Notes: a model not told the origin generated them from the sequence alone. A stretch of DNA of 64,000 bases from an uncultured Chloroflexia bacterium (GCA_963789725.1 CAWBLU010000003.1:67170-131169); one strand, 5' to 3'; numbered from the stretch's first letter, positions 41,825-52,035 are shown. Translations and numbers: made by a program.

Positions 41825-43384
41825 ATGACGGACGATCTATACGAGCGCTACAAGGAAGCACTCCGGCTCGGGCACGTGGCCGTGCTGCGGGGCACCCTCG
41901 AGGAAGCGCTGACGGCCTACCGGTCCGCGGCCGAAATCGCTCCGTCGCGCGCACTGCCTCACACCAGCCTTGGTGGTGCGTTGCTGCGGCTGGGTCGCCT
42001 GGACGAGGCCCTGATCGAGTACGCCGCGGCGGTCGCCAGGGCCCCGCACGATGAAGGCGCCCTGCTCGGGCAGGCAGAGGCGCTCACCTCGGCAGGCCAG
42101 CGGGCGGAGGCCGCCCGCGTCCTCGATCACGTCTCGGAAATAGAAGAAGCGGCCGGGCGGCTGCCGGAGGCCGCGGATACCCTGAGGCGGGCGCTCGAAC
42201 TGGAAGACTCGCCCGAACGCGCCCGCCGCCAGCGGGGCCTGCGGCGCGAGACCCGCCTCTCGGCCGGCGATCAGGCGGCCGAGCAGCTTCTGGCGAGGGC
42301 CCTGCGCCTCCGCGACGAGCCCGGCGCACGAACACCTGAGGTGCCTCGATCCAAAGCTGCCGGCGCGCCTGTTGCTCGGCCGACCTTCCCGACCATCGTG
42401 CCCGTTGCCGGCCCGCCGGCCGCAAACACGCCCGAGTCTGCGTCGGCGGCCCAACCGGCGGTCAAGACGCCGACCCTCGAGTTGCAGCCCACCGACGTTG
42501 ACAACTGGAGGGTTCCGCCCCTGGAAGTGGCCCCCACGACCGGCGCCGCCGATGCGGTCGTTTCGGCCGTAGCCGGGACTCCGGACGCTGGTTCGCAAGA
42601 CGGTCCGCGTGCCGCCGAATTTGCCCTCTACTCGGCCGACGACGCCTCACCCTCGGTCGATTCCGGAGCCGTCGCGGCCCTCGACTCCACCGCAGCGGGT
42701 CCCGACCCCAAATCCGAGGCCGTTGCGTCGGCCATAGACGCCGAGGTATCGGAAGGCGGGCCGGCCGGCCCGATCGAGGAGCTCGACGCCGCGGCGACGG
42801 CACCTGCCGATAGGCAGGTCGCAGCCCGGCCGGAGGTCGCCGAGCCTTCGCCGGAGGCGGAGGCTACGCCGGTTGCATCCGCGTCGGGAGAGCCGGACCC
42901 GGCGACCGCGCAACCGTCCGAGGCCGGGCTGCCTGGACCGGGCGAACTGGCCGCCGCCGTCGGCGTAATGGCAGGAGCCTTCGATACGGCGGCCCTGCCC
43001 GGACGGGTCGGCGAAAGCGAGCATCAGCCTACCGGGGACGAGCTTCTGGTCGCCGCCGAAGCCGCGGACGCCGCCGGAGATGAAAAGGCGCTCAGGTCGC
43101 TTCTCGTGTGGACCGCAAGGGCATATGCGCGGGAAGGCCTGTTCGAGGCCGGCCTGGACGCGGCGCACCGCCTGCTCCAGCGAGCCCCTGGCGACGTCGA
43201 CGCGCATCTCGTCCTGGTCGAGTTGTATGTGGCTCGCAACTGGAACGGCCTGGCAGCCGAGAAGCTGGCCCTCCTCGGCCGGCTGGCCGATCTCGATGAC
43301 GACGAAGAGACTCGGCAGCGTTTGTGCGCGGTCGCAAGCCGGGTTTTCCCCAAGGACGAACGCCTCGAGGCCATCTGCTCCTAG
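41825..43384 (+). CDS. TPR-repeat protein with a long Ala/Pro/Glu-rich disordered central region (function unknown)
   Basis: N-terminal TPR-like helices (LEEALTAYRSAAEIAP, GRLDEALIEYAAAVARAP, GQRAEAARVLDHV). A C-terminal helical repeat region (ARAYAREGLFEAGLDAAHRLLQRAPGDVDAHLVLVELY). The middle ~250 aa are low complexity. Confidence 0.55.
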   Translation: MTDDLYERYKEALRLGHVAVLRGTLEEALTAYRSAAEIAPSRALPHTSLGGALLRLGRLDEALIEYAAAVARAPHDEGALLGQAEALTSAGQRAEAARVLDHVSEIEEAAGRLPEAADTLRRALELEDSPERARRQRGLRRETRLSAGDQAAEQLLARALRLRDEPGARTPEVPRSKAAGAPVARPTFPTIVPVAGPPAANTPESASAAQPAVKTPTLELQPTDVDNWRVPPLEVAPTTGAADAVVSAVAGTPDAGSQDGPRAAEFALYSADDASPSVDSGAVAALDSTAAGPDPKSEAVASAIDAEVSEGGPAGPIEELDAAATAPADRQVAARPEVAEPSPEAEATPVASASGEPDPATAQPSEAGLPGPGELAAAVGVMAGAFDTAALPGRVGESEHQPTGDELLVAAEAADAAGDEKALRSLLVWTARAYAREGLFEAGLDAAHRLLQRAPGDVDAHLVLVELYVARNWNGLAAEKLALLGRLADLDDDEETRQRLCAVASRVFPKDERLEAICS

Positions 43385-43527
43385 GCCGGCTGAGGCTTGC
43401 GTCGCCGGGCCCGGCCGGTTGGCCCGCAAGGCGTGGGCAACACATGCGCCGGTTTGGACGTCTATTGCCGTCGCCCCACCGGTCGACACGACGGAGGCCC
43501 ACCCGCCCCGGTATACACTTAGGCTAG

Positions 43528-44487
43528 ATGCCCCTGATTCAATCGGCGCTCGACAAGATCAGCCCCAACGTCCTGGCCGATATCGCGATCACGGCACTCC
43601 TGATCTACTGGCTTTTCAGTTTGATCAGGGGGACGCGCGCGGTTCGACTTGTCGTTGGCGTGTGCCTGCTCCTCCTGGTCTACGCCGCCGCCGTCACTTT
43701 CGATCTGCGGCTTCTAAAGGTGATCCTGCAGACGAGTGCATACGTCGGTCTCTTCGCCCTCGTCGTCGTCTTTCAGCCCGAACTCCGGCGGGCGCTGGAT
43801 CGCATCGGCGGCCTCGGTTCCCTGGGCTGGTTGATCTCTCCCGCCGAACAATCCGCGGCAGTACATGTCGCCACCGAAGTCGCGGGCGCGGCCCAGCGGC
43901 TCTCTCACGAGGGCCACGGCGCGCTGGTGGTCATCGAACGGGAGACGGGTCTGCAGGAGATCGCCGAGACCGGGATCATGCTCCACGCCGATGTCTCGGC
44001 CGATCTGCTGGTAACCCTGTTCTCGCCGAAGACGCCGCTCCACGACGGAGCCGTCGTCATCCGAGCGGATCGGATCCTTGCCGCCGGCGCGATCCTGCCT
44101 TCGGCCGAGACCACGATCCCGCTCGAGCGTTTCGGGACCCGTCACAAGGCCGCCCTGGGCATGACCGAGCAGACCGACGCGATTGTGGTGGTCGTGTCGG
44201 AGGAAACAGGCCAGATCAGCCTGGTGGAGCGGGCGCGCATCGTCCGCAACCTCGACGAACCCAAGCTGGCTCGCGCTCTGACGGCGCTCCTGCACCCGCA
44301 AACCGCGACCGGATTCTTCCGCGCCTCGACACCACCACGCCGCGTCGGCCCGAGCGTTCGGAACCTGGCGCGACGGGCCAGATTCGGCGGCCTCGGCCGG
44401 CCCTCCGGTATCAAGCCCAAAGGCCCGGATGCGCCCAGGACGACCACGCCCACGGATAGCTCCGATGGTCAGGAGAAGGCCCTGTGA
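43528..44487 (+). CDS. cdaA: Diadenylate cyclase CdaA (c-di-AMP synthase) with three N-terminal TM helices
   Basis: DAC-domain motifs are present: GALVVIERETGL, LHDGAVVI and GTRHKAALGMTE. N-terminal TM segments are present. Confidence 0.85.
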   Translation: MPLIQSALDKISPNVLADIAITALLIYWLFSLIRGTRAVRLVVGVCLLLLVYAAAVTFDLRLLKVILQTSAYVGLFALVVVFQPELRRALDRIGGLGSLGWLISPAEQSAAVHVATEVAGAAQRLSHEGHGALVVIERETGLQEIAETGIMLHADVSADLLVTLFSPKTPLHDGAVVIRADRILAAGAILPSAETTIPLERFGTRHKAALGMTEQTDAIVVVVSEETGQISLVERARIVRNLDEPKLARALTALLHPQTATGFFRASTPPRRVGPSVRNLARRARFGGLGRPSGIKPKGPDAPRTTTPTDSSDGQEKAL

Positions 44488-45722
44488 GAGTCGTCCGTTT
44501 CTTCCTCGGCAACCTGCCGCTCAAGATCGGTGCGGCGCTGCTGGCCGTGATCCTGTACGTGGCAATGATCGCCCTGCAGAGCACCCAGCAGTGGCCGGGC
44601 ACGATTGCCATCGAGATGGTCAATCAGCCGGCCGCAGCGTCCCTCGTGGATCCGCAATCCATACCACAGGTGAGCGGCATCAGGTACATCGCCCCGGCCG
44701 ACGTGCCGATCTCGCAGTCCATCTTCAGGGCGACCGTGGACCTGGCGGACGTAAAGCCCAGTGAAAGCCAGTCTTCGCTGGTGAAGGTCACGCTCGTGGC
44801 CGAGGATCCGCGCATCCAGATCATCGACTATCAGCCCCAGCAGATCCCGATCCAGCTGGAGCCGATCATTCACAAGAGCGTCGGCGTGGTGGTCAACTAC
44901 GGCCCGGTGCCTTCGGGTCTGCAGCCGGGGACGCCGCTACTGAGCGCCTCCACGGTAGACATCTCGGGAGCCTCGTCGATCGTCAGGAGCGTGGCTTACG
45001 CTCAAGCCGGCGTCCGAATCGATGCCTCCGGCCTGGACGTGAACACTGATGCCGACCTGGTCGCCAAAGACGCCTCCAATGCCACGGTCAACGGGGTCAC
45101 ACTCAATCCCCGGACGGTCCACGTCCAGATGCTCGTCGGCAGCCAGGTCCGCTCCGAGACCGTCCCGGTCAACCCGATCCTGAAAGACAACCCGGCATCC
45201 GGTTACCGCATCACCTCGATCGACGTGACACCGTCTGTCGTCACGGTCAGCGGCCAGGCGGATGCCCTGGCGGCGTTGAAGGGCCAGGTCAACACCAAGG
45301 CCATCTCGATCGCGGGGGCGACTGGAGACGTGTCAGTCAACGTCGCCCTGGACCTGCCCTCCAGCGTGACCGCCGATACGACCGTCCCCATTGCGGTCGT
45401 CGTTCACCTACGTTCGCCCGATTCGACGCTTAGCGTCAGCGCGGCAGTCGTTCCCGTGGGCGCTCGCTCCGACCTCACGTACACTCTTTCTACCCCGAGC
45501 GTCATCGTGACACTGGGCGGGGCCACGGCGGCTCTCAATGCCCTGGACACTTCCACCCTGGTCACGAACGCTCAAGTCGGCGGCCTCGGTGCCGGTTCGT
45601 ACACGGTCATCGTCTCCGTCACGGTGCCACCGGGGATCAAGGTCGTGAACATCACGCCCGCGCAGATCGTCGTGACGGTTACGGCGCCGCCCCCACCGCC
45701 TTCACCGTCACCAGTTCCTTAG
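44484..45722 (+). CDS. cdaR: CdaA regulatory protein CdaR (YbbR-like domain protein)
   Basis: An N-terminal TM anchor followed by repeated beta-rich YbbR-like segments. The GTG start overlaps the cdaA stop. The cdaA-cdaR-glmM order is conserved. Confidence 0.65.
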   Translation: MRVVRFFLGNLPLKIGAALLAVILYVAMIALQSTQQWPGTIAIEMVNQPAAASLVDPQSIPQVSGIRYIAPADVPISQSIFRATVDLADVKPSESQSSLVKVTLVAEDPRIQIIDYQPQQIPIQLEPIIHKSVGVVVNYGPVPSGLQPGTPLLSASTVDISGASSIVRSVAYAQAGVRIDASGLDVNTDADLVAKDASNATVNGVTLNPRTVHVQMLVGSQVRSETVPVNPILKDNPASGYRITSIDVTPSVVTVSGQADALAALKGQVNTKAISIAGATGDVSVNVALDLPSSVTADTTVPIAVVVHLRSPDSTLSVSAAVVPVGARSDLTYTLSTPSVIVTLGGATAALNALDTSTLVTNAQVGGLGAGSYTVIVSVTVPPGIKVVNITPAQIVVTVTAPPPPPSPSPVP

Positions 45723-45731
45723 GAGCGACTC

Positions 45732-47063
45732 TTGCCCCGACTCTTCGGTACGGACGGGATCCGCGGCACCGCCAACGTCGACCTGAAGCCGAATACCGCG
45801 TACGCCCTCGGTCGCGCCACAGCCCATCGACTGGCGGGCCCAGGGCGGCCGATCGTCGTCGGTCAGGACACGCGACGCTCAGGTGACATGTTCGCCGCGG
45901 CCATCGTGGCCGGGGCCACGAGCATGGGCGTGGACGTGCACCTGGTCGGGGTAGTGCCGACGCCGGCCCTGGCCTACATCACCGGTGCCGGGCATTTCGC
46001 CGCCGGGATCATGGTCTCCGCTTCGCACAACCCCGCCGACGACAACGGCCTCAAGGTCCTCGACGAGCACGGCCTGAAGCTCGACGAGGCCGTCGAGGAT
46101 GAACTCGAACAGCTCATCTGGACCGCCGACGAACTGCCGGGAGCTTCGGCCGATGCGCTTGGTCTGGCCATCCAGGATCGCGACCTGTTCAACCTCTACG
46201 TCAACAACAGGGTCCAGTTGGCGTCGACCGTTTCGACGCGCCTCCGCCTGGTCGTCGACTGTGCCAACGGCTCGGGTGGAAAAGCCGCGGCCAAGATCCT
46301 CGAAGCCACGGGCGCAGACGTGAAGATCCTGTTCAACGACCCGGACGGCAACAACATCAACTCGGGCTGCGGAGCAACGGCCCCCGGAGTCCTGGCATGC
46401 GAGGTCGTGGCCCGCGGGGCCGATCTCGGTTTCGCGCTCGACGGGGATGCCGACCGTCTCATCGCCGTGGACGCCGCGGGCTGCGTCGTCGATGGCGACG
46501 CTGTCCTGGGCTTCATGGCGCTGGACCGCCTGGCCCGGAACAAGCTCCAGAACGGCGCCCTCGTGGTATCGATCCTCTCCAACGGCGGACTCCAGAAGGC
46601 CGTCGAGGAGGCGGGTGGGCAGGTCATCCGGACGCCGGTCGGTGACAAGTACATCTTCGAAGGGATGCTGGTCAACGGCGCGGGCCTGGGCGGCGAGAAG
46701 AGTGGCCACGTCATCATCCTCGATCACGCCACCAGCGGCGACGGCATCGTCACGGCGCTCGAAATCCTGGCCGTGATGAGTCGGACCGGGCTCAGCCTGG
46801 CCGATCTGGCAGCCCAGGTGCCGATGCTTCCCCAGCAGCAACGGGCCATCCCGGCTCGACACAAGGACCAGTGGGAAGGCGATCCGGTCATTCGCAAGGC
46901 GATAGTGAAGGCCGAGTCTCGCCTCGGCCCGGGCGGCAGGGTCCTGGTGCGACCATCGGGTACGGAGCCGTCAATCCGGGTCATGGTCGAGGGTCCGGAG
47001 GCGGCCCTCGTGGCGCAACTGGCCGACGAATTGGCTGCTCTCGCCGGGGACCGGCTAAACTAG
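45732..47063 (+). CDS. glmM: Phosphoglucosamine mutase
   Basis: Active-site motif SASHNPADDNGLK and the N-terminal LFGTDGIRG. TTG start. Confidence 0.9.
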   Translation: MPRLFGTDGIRGTANVDLKPNTAYALGRATAHRLAGPGRPIVVGQDTRRSGDMFAAAIVAGATSMGVDVHLVGVVPTPALAYITGAGHFAAGIMVSASHNPADDNGLKVLDEHGLKLDEAVEDELEQLIWTADELPGASADALGLAIQDRDLFNLYVNNRVQLASTVSTRLRLVVDCANGSGGKAAAKILEATGADVKILFNDPDGNNINSGCGATAPGVLACEVVARGADLGFALDGDADRLIAVDAAGCVVDGDAVLGFMALDRLARNKLQNGALVVSILSNGGLQKAVEEAGGQVIRTPVGDKYIFEGMLVNGAGLGGEKSGHVIILDHATSGDGIVTALEILAVMSRTGLSLADLAAQVPMLPQQQRAIPARHKDQWEGDPVIRKAIVKAESRLGPGGRVLVRPSGTEPSIRVMVEGPEAALVAQLADELAALAGDRLN

Positions 47064-47108
47064 CCGCCTTCGTCTGAGGCTATGGTCGTCGCGACCGGGA
47101 GTTGACCT

Positions 47109-48935
47109 ATGTGCGGAATTGTCGGCTATACGGGACCTCGAGACGCTGGGCCGGTCCTGCTCGACGGCCTGCGCCGTCTAGAATATCGTGGCTACGACTC
47201 TGCCGGGATCGCCCTGGTAACCCAGGCCGGCGACCTGTTCGTCGAGAAGCGGGCCGGCAAGGTGGCAGTCCTGACCGACGCGCTCGGCGGCGGCCCTCCC
47301 ACCGCCGGTATTGGCCTGGGCCATACGCGATGGGCCACGCACGGTCGCCCGAGCGATCTCAACGCCCACCCTCACAGCGACTGCAGCGGACGCGTCACTG
47401 TCGTCCACAACGGCATCGTCGAGAACTTCCGCGAGCTTCGCGACGAGCTTGTCGCCGGGGGTCACAAGCTCGAATCGGAGACAGACACCGAGGTCGTCGC
47501 CCACCTCGTGGAAGACGCCTACGCCGGCGATCTCGCCGCGGCCGTGCGAGTGGCCCTGGGCCGGCTTGAAGGCGCCTACGCCCTGGTAGTCATGCATCGC
47601 GACGAGCCCGACCGCCTGGTCGGGGCCAGGCTCAACGCCCCCTTGATCGTCGGCGTGGGCGACGGCGAGAGCTTCCTGGCATCCGACGCGGCGGCGATCG
47701 TGGCGTACACGAAGAGGGTCATCTTCCTCGCGGATGGAGACGTGGCGGACATCAAGCCGGGTTCCGCCGTCGTTACGGATCGATCGGGTGCCATCCAGGA
47801 TCGCCCGATCGACGTCATTCCGTGGTCGGCCGAAGCCGCCGAGAAGGGAGGCTACGCGCACTTCATGCTCAAGGAGATCCACGAGCAGCCCGCCGCCCTG
47901 ACGGCGGCGATGACCGGACGCCTGCGCGGAGAGTCCATCTGCTTTGAGGAGCTGGATGCCGTAGCCGCGCGCCTCGCCGGCATCGATCGAGTCGAAATGA
48001 TCGCCTGCGGCACCGCTTACTATGCCTCGCTGGTTGGCGCCGCGCTCTTCCAGGAGTGGCTGGGTGTCCCGGCCCGCTCGACGGTCGCGTCGGAGTTCCG
48101 GTACAGCCCCCCGCCCATCAACGCCCGCACCCTGGTCGTGGCCGTTACCCAGTCGGGCGAAACCGCCGACACGATCGCGGCCGCCCGCCTGGCCGGTGAT
48201 CGCGGCGCGGTTGTCGTGGCCGTCACGAACACGGTCGGCTCCGCGATAACGCGCGAGGCCCATGCCTCGGTCTTCCTGCAGGCAGGCCCCGAGGTCGCAG
48301 TCGCCGCCACGAAGACCTTCGTCGCCCAGGTCGCGACCGTGGTCATGCTCGCCGCCGACGTGGCCCGCCGCCTCGGCCGCCTGCCGGTCGAGCAGGAGCG
48401 AGGACTCGTTGCCGCCCTGCGCCGGCTGCCCGCGCAGGCCCAGCGAACCATCGAATTGTCGGCCTCGACCGAGGCCATGGCGGAGCGCTACGCGGAAGCG
48501 GCCGGCTTCATGTACATCGGCCGATCCTTCGGCTATCCGGCCGCGCTGGAGGGCGCTCTCAAGATCAAGGAGATCAGCTATCTCCACGCCGAGGGCTACG
48601 CCGCGGGCGAACTGAAGCACGGCCCAATCTCGCTCCTCGACCAGGAAGTGCCGCTCGTTGCCGTGGCCACCCGCTCGGCCGTGTACGAGAAGGTGATCAG
48701 CAACCTCATGGAGGGCAAGGCTCGCGACGCCCGCGTCCTTGCCGTGGCCACCGAAGGCGACGTCCAGATCGAACGGTTGGCCACCGACGTGTGCTGGGTG
48801 CCCGACACGCTCGAGCCGCTGAGCACGATCCTGGCCGTAATTCCGCTGCAGCTCTTCGCTTACTACGTTGCCGTGCGGCGAGGTCGCGATGTGGACCAGC
48901 CGCGCAACCTGGCCAAGTCGGTGACGGTCGAGTAG
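47109..48935 (+). CDS. glmS: Glutamine--fructose-6-phosphate aminotransferase (isomerising)
   Basis: MCGIVGY provides the N-terminal nucleophile Cys, followed by two SIS domains. 608 aa. Confidence 0.95.
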   Translation: MCGIVGYTGPRDAGPVLLDGLRRLEYRGYDSAGIALVTQAGDLFVEKRAGKVAVLTDALGGGPPTAGIGLGHTRWATHGRPSDLNAHPHSDCSGRVTVVHNGIVENFRELRDELVAGGHKLESETDTEVVAHLVEDAYAGDLAAAVRVALGRLEGAYALVVMHRDEPDRLVGARLNAPLIVGVGDGESFLASDAAAIVAYTKRVIFLADGDVADIKPGSAVVTDRSGAIQDRPIDVIPWSAEAAEKGGYAHFMLKEIHEQPAALTAAMTGRLRGESICFEELDAVAARLAGIDRVEMIACGTAYYASLVGAALFQEWLGVPARSTVASEFRYSPPPINARTLVVAVTQSGETADTIAAARLAGDRGAVVVAVTNTVGSAITREAHASVFLQAGPEVAVAATKTFVAQVATVVMLAADVARRLGRLPVEQERGLVAALRRLPAQAQRTIELSASTEAMAERYAEAAGFMYIGRSFGYPAALEGALKIKEISYLHAEGYAAGELKHGPISLLDQEVPLVAVATRSAVYEKVISNLMEGKARDARVLAVATEGDVQIERLATDVCWVPDTLEPLSTILAVIPLQLFAYYVAVRRGRDVDQPRNLAKSVTVE

Positions 48936-49625
48936 ATGGCCGGCCCGTCGCAGCGATCGGACTCGGACGACGACCGCGGCGCACCGGGCGACGGCGCCGC
49001 GGCCGAAGTCGCAGCCGCAGCCGGCTCCGCCGCAGGCCTGGCGGCCGGCGTGCCGGCTCCTCCGCCGGAGACTACCGAGCTCGGGATCGACATCATTCGG
49101 GTCTCGAGAATCAAGGACTCACTGGCCCGTTTCGGCGATCGGTTCACGAATCGCGTCCTGACTCCAACCGAGAGCCGCTACGTCCGCGGCCGTCCGGAGA
49201 CGATGGCCGGCCGCTGGGCCGCGAAGGAGGCAGTCTCGAAGGTGCTCGGACTGGGCGTTCGCGGCATCGGGTGGCGGGACATCGAAATCGAGCGCCTGCC
49301 CACCGGCCAGCCCGCGGTCAAGCTCCACGGCCGGGCGGCCCGGCGGGCCGAGCAACTCGGCATGGGCCGAGTAGCGATCTCCATCAGCCACGAGTCCGAG
49401 TTCGCCGTCGCGATCGCCTACGGCGTCAGGACGGCAGGCGGCCGCTTCCTGTACCCACCCGACATCGAGGAGCGCCTGAGCGAGCGTGAAGCCACTCTGA
49501 TGCGTCGTTTCGAGCGGCTGCGCGGGCTTGCCAGGGATGTCGCGGTCGGCGAAGCTGAGTTTGGCGCTGGAGCAGCGCCACAGAACATCGATCCCGCCGG
49601 CAATGAGGAGGGGACAGATGCCTAG
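48936..49625 (+). CDS. acpS: Holo-[acyl-carrier-protein] synthase with N- and C-terminal low-complexity extensions
   Basis: Core motifs LGIDIIRVSRI, GRWAAKEAVSKVLG, WRDIEI and ISISHE. The ~45-aa N-terminal and ~70-aa C-terminal extensions are unusual. Confidence 0.75.
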   Translation: MAGPSQRSDSDDDRGAPGDGAAAEVAAAAGSAAGLAAGVPAPPPETTELGIDIIRVSRIKDSLARFGDRFTNRVLTPTESRYVRGRPETMAGRWAAKEAVSKVLGLGVRGIGWRDIEIERLPTGQPAVKLHGRAARRAEQLGMGRVAISISHESEFAVAIAYGVRTAGGRFLYPPDIEERLSEREATLMRRFERLRGLARDVAVGEAEFGAGAAPQNIDPAGNEEGTDA

Positions 49626-50634
49626 CCGAGTCCTTCCGGAGCCGATCCTCCTGGACGATGCCGCGGCCGCCGCGCTTCTGCCACCGCGACCAGCCCGCGG
49701 CCACAAGGGCACTTTCGGGAAGCTCCTGGTCATTGCCGGTTCGGTCGACTATGCCGGCGCTGCCTTGCTCGTCTGCACAGCCGCCGGGCGGGCAGGGGCT
49801 GGGCTCGTCACCCTGGCCACGCCGGAATCGCTCCAGCCGCTGTTCGCCGCCAAGGTCGTCGAGGCGACCACGCTCTCGCTGCCCGAAGACGACGTGGAGG
49901 AGGTCGATCCGGAGGAAGCCCTGGCCCGCATCCTCGACCACGACCACGACGCTCTCGTCGTCGGACCGGGCCTCCGTCCGAGCCTATCCATGACCGAACT
50001 GATACGCGGCTTGCTCGGCCCCGATGAGGACGGAGAGCCGGTGCCGGCCGTGCTCGACGCCGAGGCCCTGAGGTCGTTGGCGACGGTGGACGGTTGGGCC
50101 GCCGACGTTGCCGCCCGCTGCGTCCTGACGCCTCACGTCGGGGAGTTCCTGCGGCTTCGGGCCGCGGATGGTGCCGACACCCACGAGCAGGGTGACCTCG
50201 TATTCGACGATGCGCGTCGACTGATCGCGGCTCGTGAAGCGGCCAGAGAGTGGGGCCAGGTAGTCGTCCTCAAGGGCGCCCGCACGGTTATCGCCGATAA
50301 GGACGGCCGCGCTGCGGTCTCTCCTTTCGAGAACCCGGCCCTGGCAAGCGCTGGCACCGGCGACGTGCTTTCGGGAACGATAGGCGCGATGCTGGCCCAG
50401 GGCCTTGGCACGTTCGAGGCCGCCCAGTTGGGCGTCTACCTTCACGCCATGGCGGGCGAGGCCGTCAGGGCCCGCATCGGTGATGCCGGCCTGCTCGCGT
50501 CGGACCTGGCCCCCGAGCTGCCGCTGGCCCGCAAGAGGCTTGCGGCCATGCCCGGCGCCGGCTCAGCCGCGACCGTGGCCGCGGCATCCGGCTCGGGACC
50601 GGCAACCGCCTCGACACGTCGCGCCCGCCGATGA
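49618..50634 (+). CDS. nnrD: ADP-dependent (S)-NAD(P)H-hydrate dehydratase (YjeF C-terminal domain only)
   Basis: Motifs HKGTFGKLLVIAGS, VLKGARTVIAD and ALASAGTGDVLSGTIGAMLAQG. The ATG at 49618 follows GAGGAGGGG. There is no N-terminal epimerase domain. Confidence 0.8.
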   Translation: MPSRVLPEPILLDDAAAAALLPPRPARGHKGTFGKLLVIAGSVDYAGAALLVCTAAGRAGAGLVTLATPESLQPLFAAKVVEATTLSLPEDDVEEVDPEEALARILDHDHDALVVGPGLRPSLSMTELIRGLLGPDEDGEPVPAVLDAEALRSLATVDGWAADVAARCVLTPHVGEFLRLRAADGADTHEQGDLVFDDARRLIAAREAAREWGQVVVLKGARTVIADKDGRAAVSPFENPALASAGTGDVLSGTIGAMLAQGLGTFEAAQLGVYLHAMAGEAVRARIGDAGLLASDLAPELPLARKRLAAMPGAGSAATVAAASGSGPATASTRRARR

Positions 50635-52001
50635 CCGTCGCCGGCGAAGCCGGGCCCCGAGTCACCGCTACCCGCCTGCCGTTGATCGAGGCCGGGCCCG
50701 GGGGCGTTCTCCCGCCTGTGCCAAAGACCGCCTGGCTCGAGATCGACATGGACGCATTGGTGGCTAACGCGCGGCTCCTTGCCGGCCTGCTGCCCCAGGG
50801 CGCTCGGCTCGAGCCGGTCGTCAAAGCCGACGCCTACGGCCATGGTTCCGTGGCCGTGTCGCGACGCCTGGTCGAGGCCGGATTCACCAGCCTGGGCGTT
50901 GCCACATTCGACGAAGCGCTGGAGTTGCGCCAGGCCGGCGTCGACGTTCCGATCCTGATCCTGTTCCCCATCCCGGCTGAGCTCGCTCCCGATGCCCGGC
51001 GGCAGGGCCTGTCGATAACTGCCGGCGACCGAGATCTCCTGGGCCGGACTTTGGCTGCCCTGGCCGCCGCACCCGAGGCAGCGGTTGGAGCCTCAGATGG
51101 GCGGAGCGGGCGGCTGAGCGTGCACCTCGAGGTGGAAACGGGCCTTGGACGCGGCGGCGTCGCGCTTGACGAAGTCGCCCGGGCGGCCGAGGCCATCGAG
51201 GCCAGCCCGCATACGCGTCTGGCCGGCGTGTGGTCCCATCTCCAATCCGCCGGCGATGCCGGCATAACGGCGCTCCAGGACACGCGCTTCGGGTTGGCGT
51301 GGCGGATGCTCGAGGCGGCCGGGGTGACTGTGCCGTCGCGGCACCTTGCCGCCAGCGGCGCGCTGCTCGCAGCCACTTCGGGGACATACGACGTGGCCCG
51401 GGTGGGCATCGCCATCTACGGCTACGTCCCGGACGGCATGGTCACCTCGCCGGAGAGCGGCACGGTGGTGGCGGGGTTGAAGCCGGTCATGTCGTTGCGC
51501 GCCCGGCCGATCCGCGTGGCCTGGCTCGAGGCCGGGACGGGCATCAGCTACGGACCCAGCTTCACCACGACGCGCAGAAGCCTCATCGCCACTCTGCCGC
51601 TCGGATACGCGGACGGTTTTCCTCGAAGCCTTTCCAACAAGGCCCACGTCCTGGTACGCGGAATGCGCGCACCGCAGGTCGGAACGGTCGCCATGGACGC
51701 ACTGATGGTGGATGTTACGGACGTACCGGGTCCCGACGTGACCATTGACGACGAATTCACGCTCATCGGGGAAGAGGGCGGAGAGCGAATTACCGCCACG
51801 GATGTGGCGCGTTGGGGCAACACCATCTCCCACGAGGTCATGGCCGGGATGTCCGGGAGGTTACCCCGGGTGTACTATGCGGCAGCCGAGGCAGTCGGGA
51901 TTCGGGCAATAGCCAGCGACGCGGATCGGGGCTCGGGGGACCGCGCCGATCGCCGGCGGCAGGCATCCGTCGAAGAGCAGCGCCCGTCAGGCATCGAGTG
52001 A
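50631..52001 (+). CDS. alr: Alanine racemase (with a ~55 aa C-terminal extension)
   Basis: The PLP-binding Lys sits in VVKADAYGHG, and the catalytic Tyr region is IAIYGY. The ATG overlaps the nnrD stop. Confidence 0.9.
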   Translation: MTVAGEAGPRVTATRLPLIEAGPGGVLPPVPKTAWLEIDMDALVANARLLAGLLPQGARLEPVVKADAYGHGSVAVSRRLVEAGFTSLGVATFDEALELRQAGVDVPILILFPIPAELAPDARRQGLSITAGDRDLLGRTLAALAAAPEAAVGASDGRSGRLSVHLEVETGLGRGGVALDEVARAAEAIEASPHTRLAGVWSHLQSAGDAGITALQDTRFGLAWRMLEAAGVTVPSRHLAASGALLAATSGTYDVARVGIAIYGYVPDGMVTSPESGTVVAGLKPVMSLRARPIRVAWLEAGTGISYGPSFTTTRRSLIATLPLGYADGFPRSLSNKAHVLVRGMRAPQVGTVAMDALMVDVTDVPGPDVTIDDEFTLIGEEGGERITATDVARWGNTISHEVMAGMSGRLPRVYYAAAEAVGIRAIASDADRGSGDRADRRRQASVEEQRPSGIE

Positions 52002-52035
52002 CCGGTCTACCAGCGTCAGGACGGAGAGCATCGGA

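Noticed and set aside
47064-47108. glmS ribozyme upstream of glmS
   Set aside because: Only 45 nt of intergenic space, with no room for the ~170-nt ribozyme.
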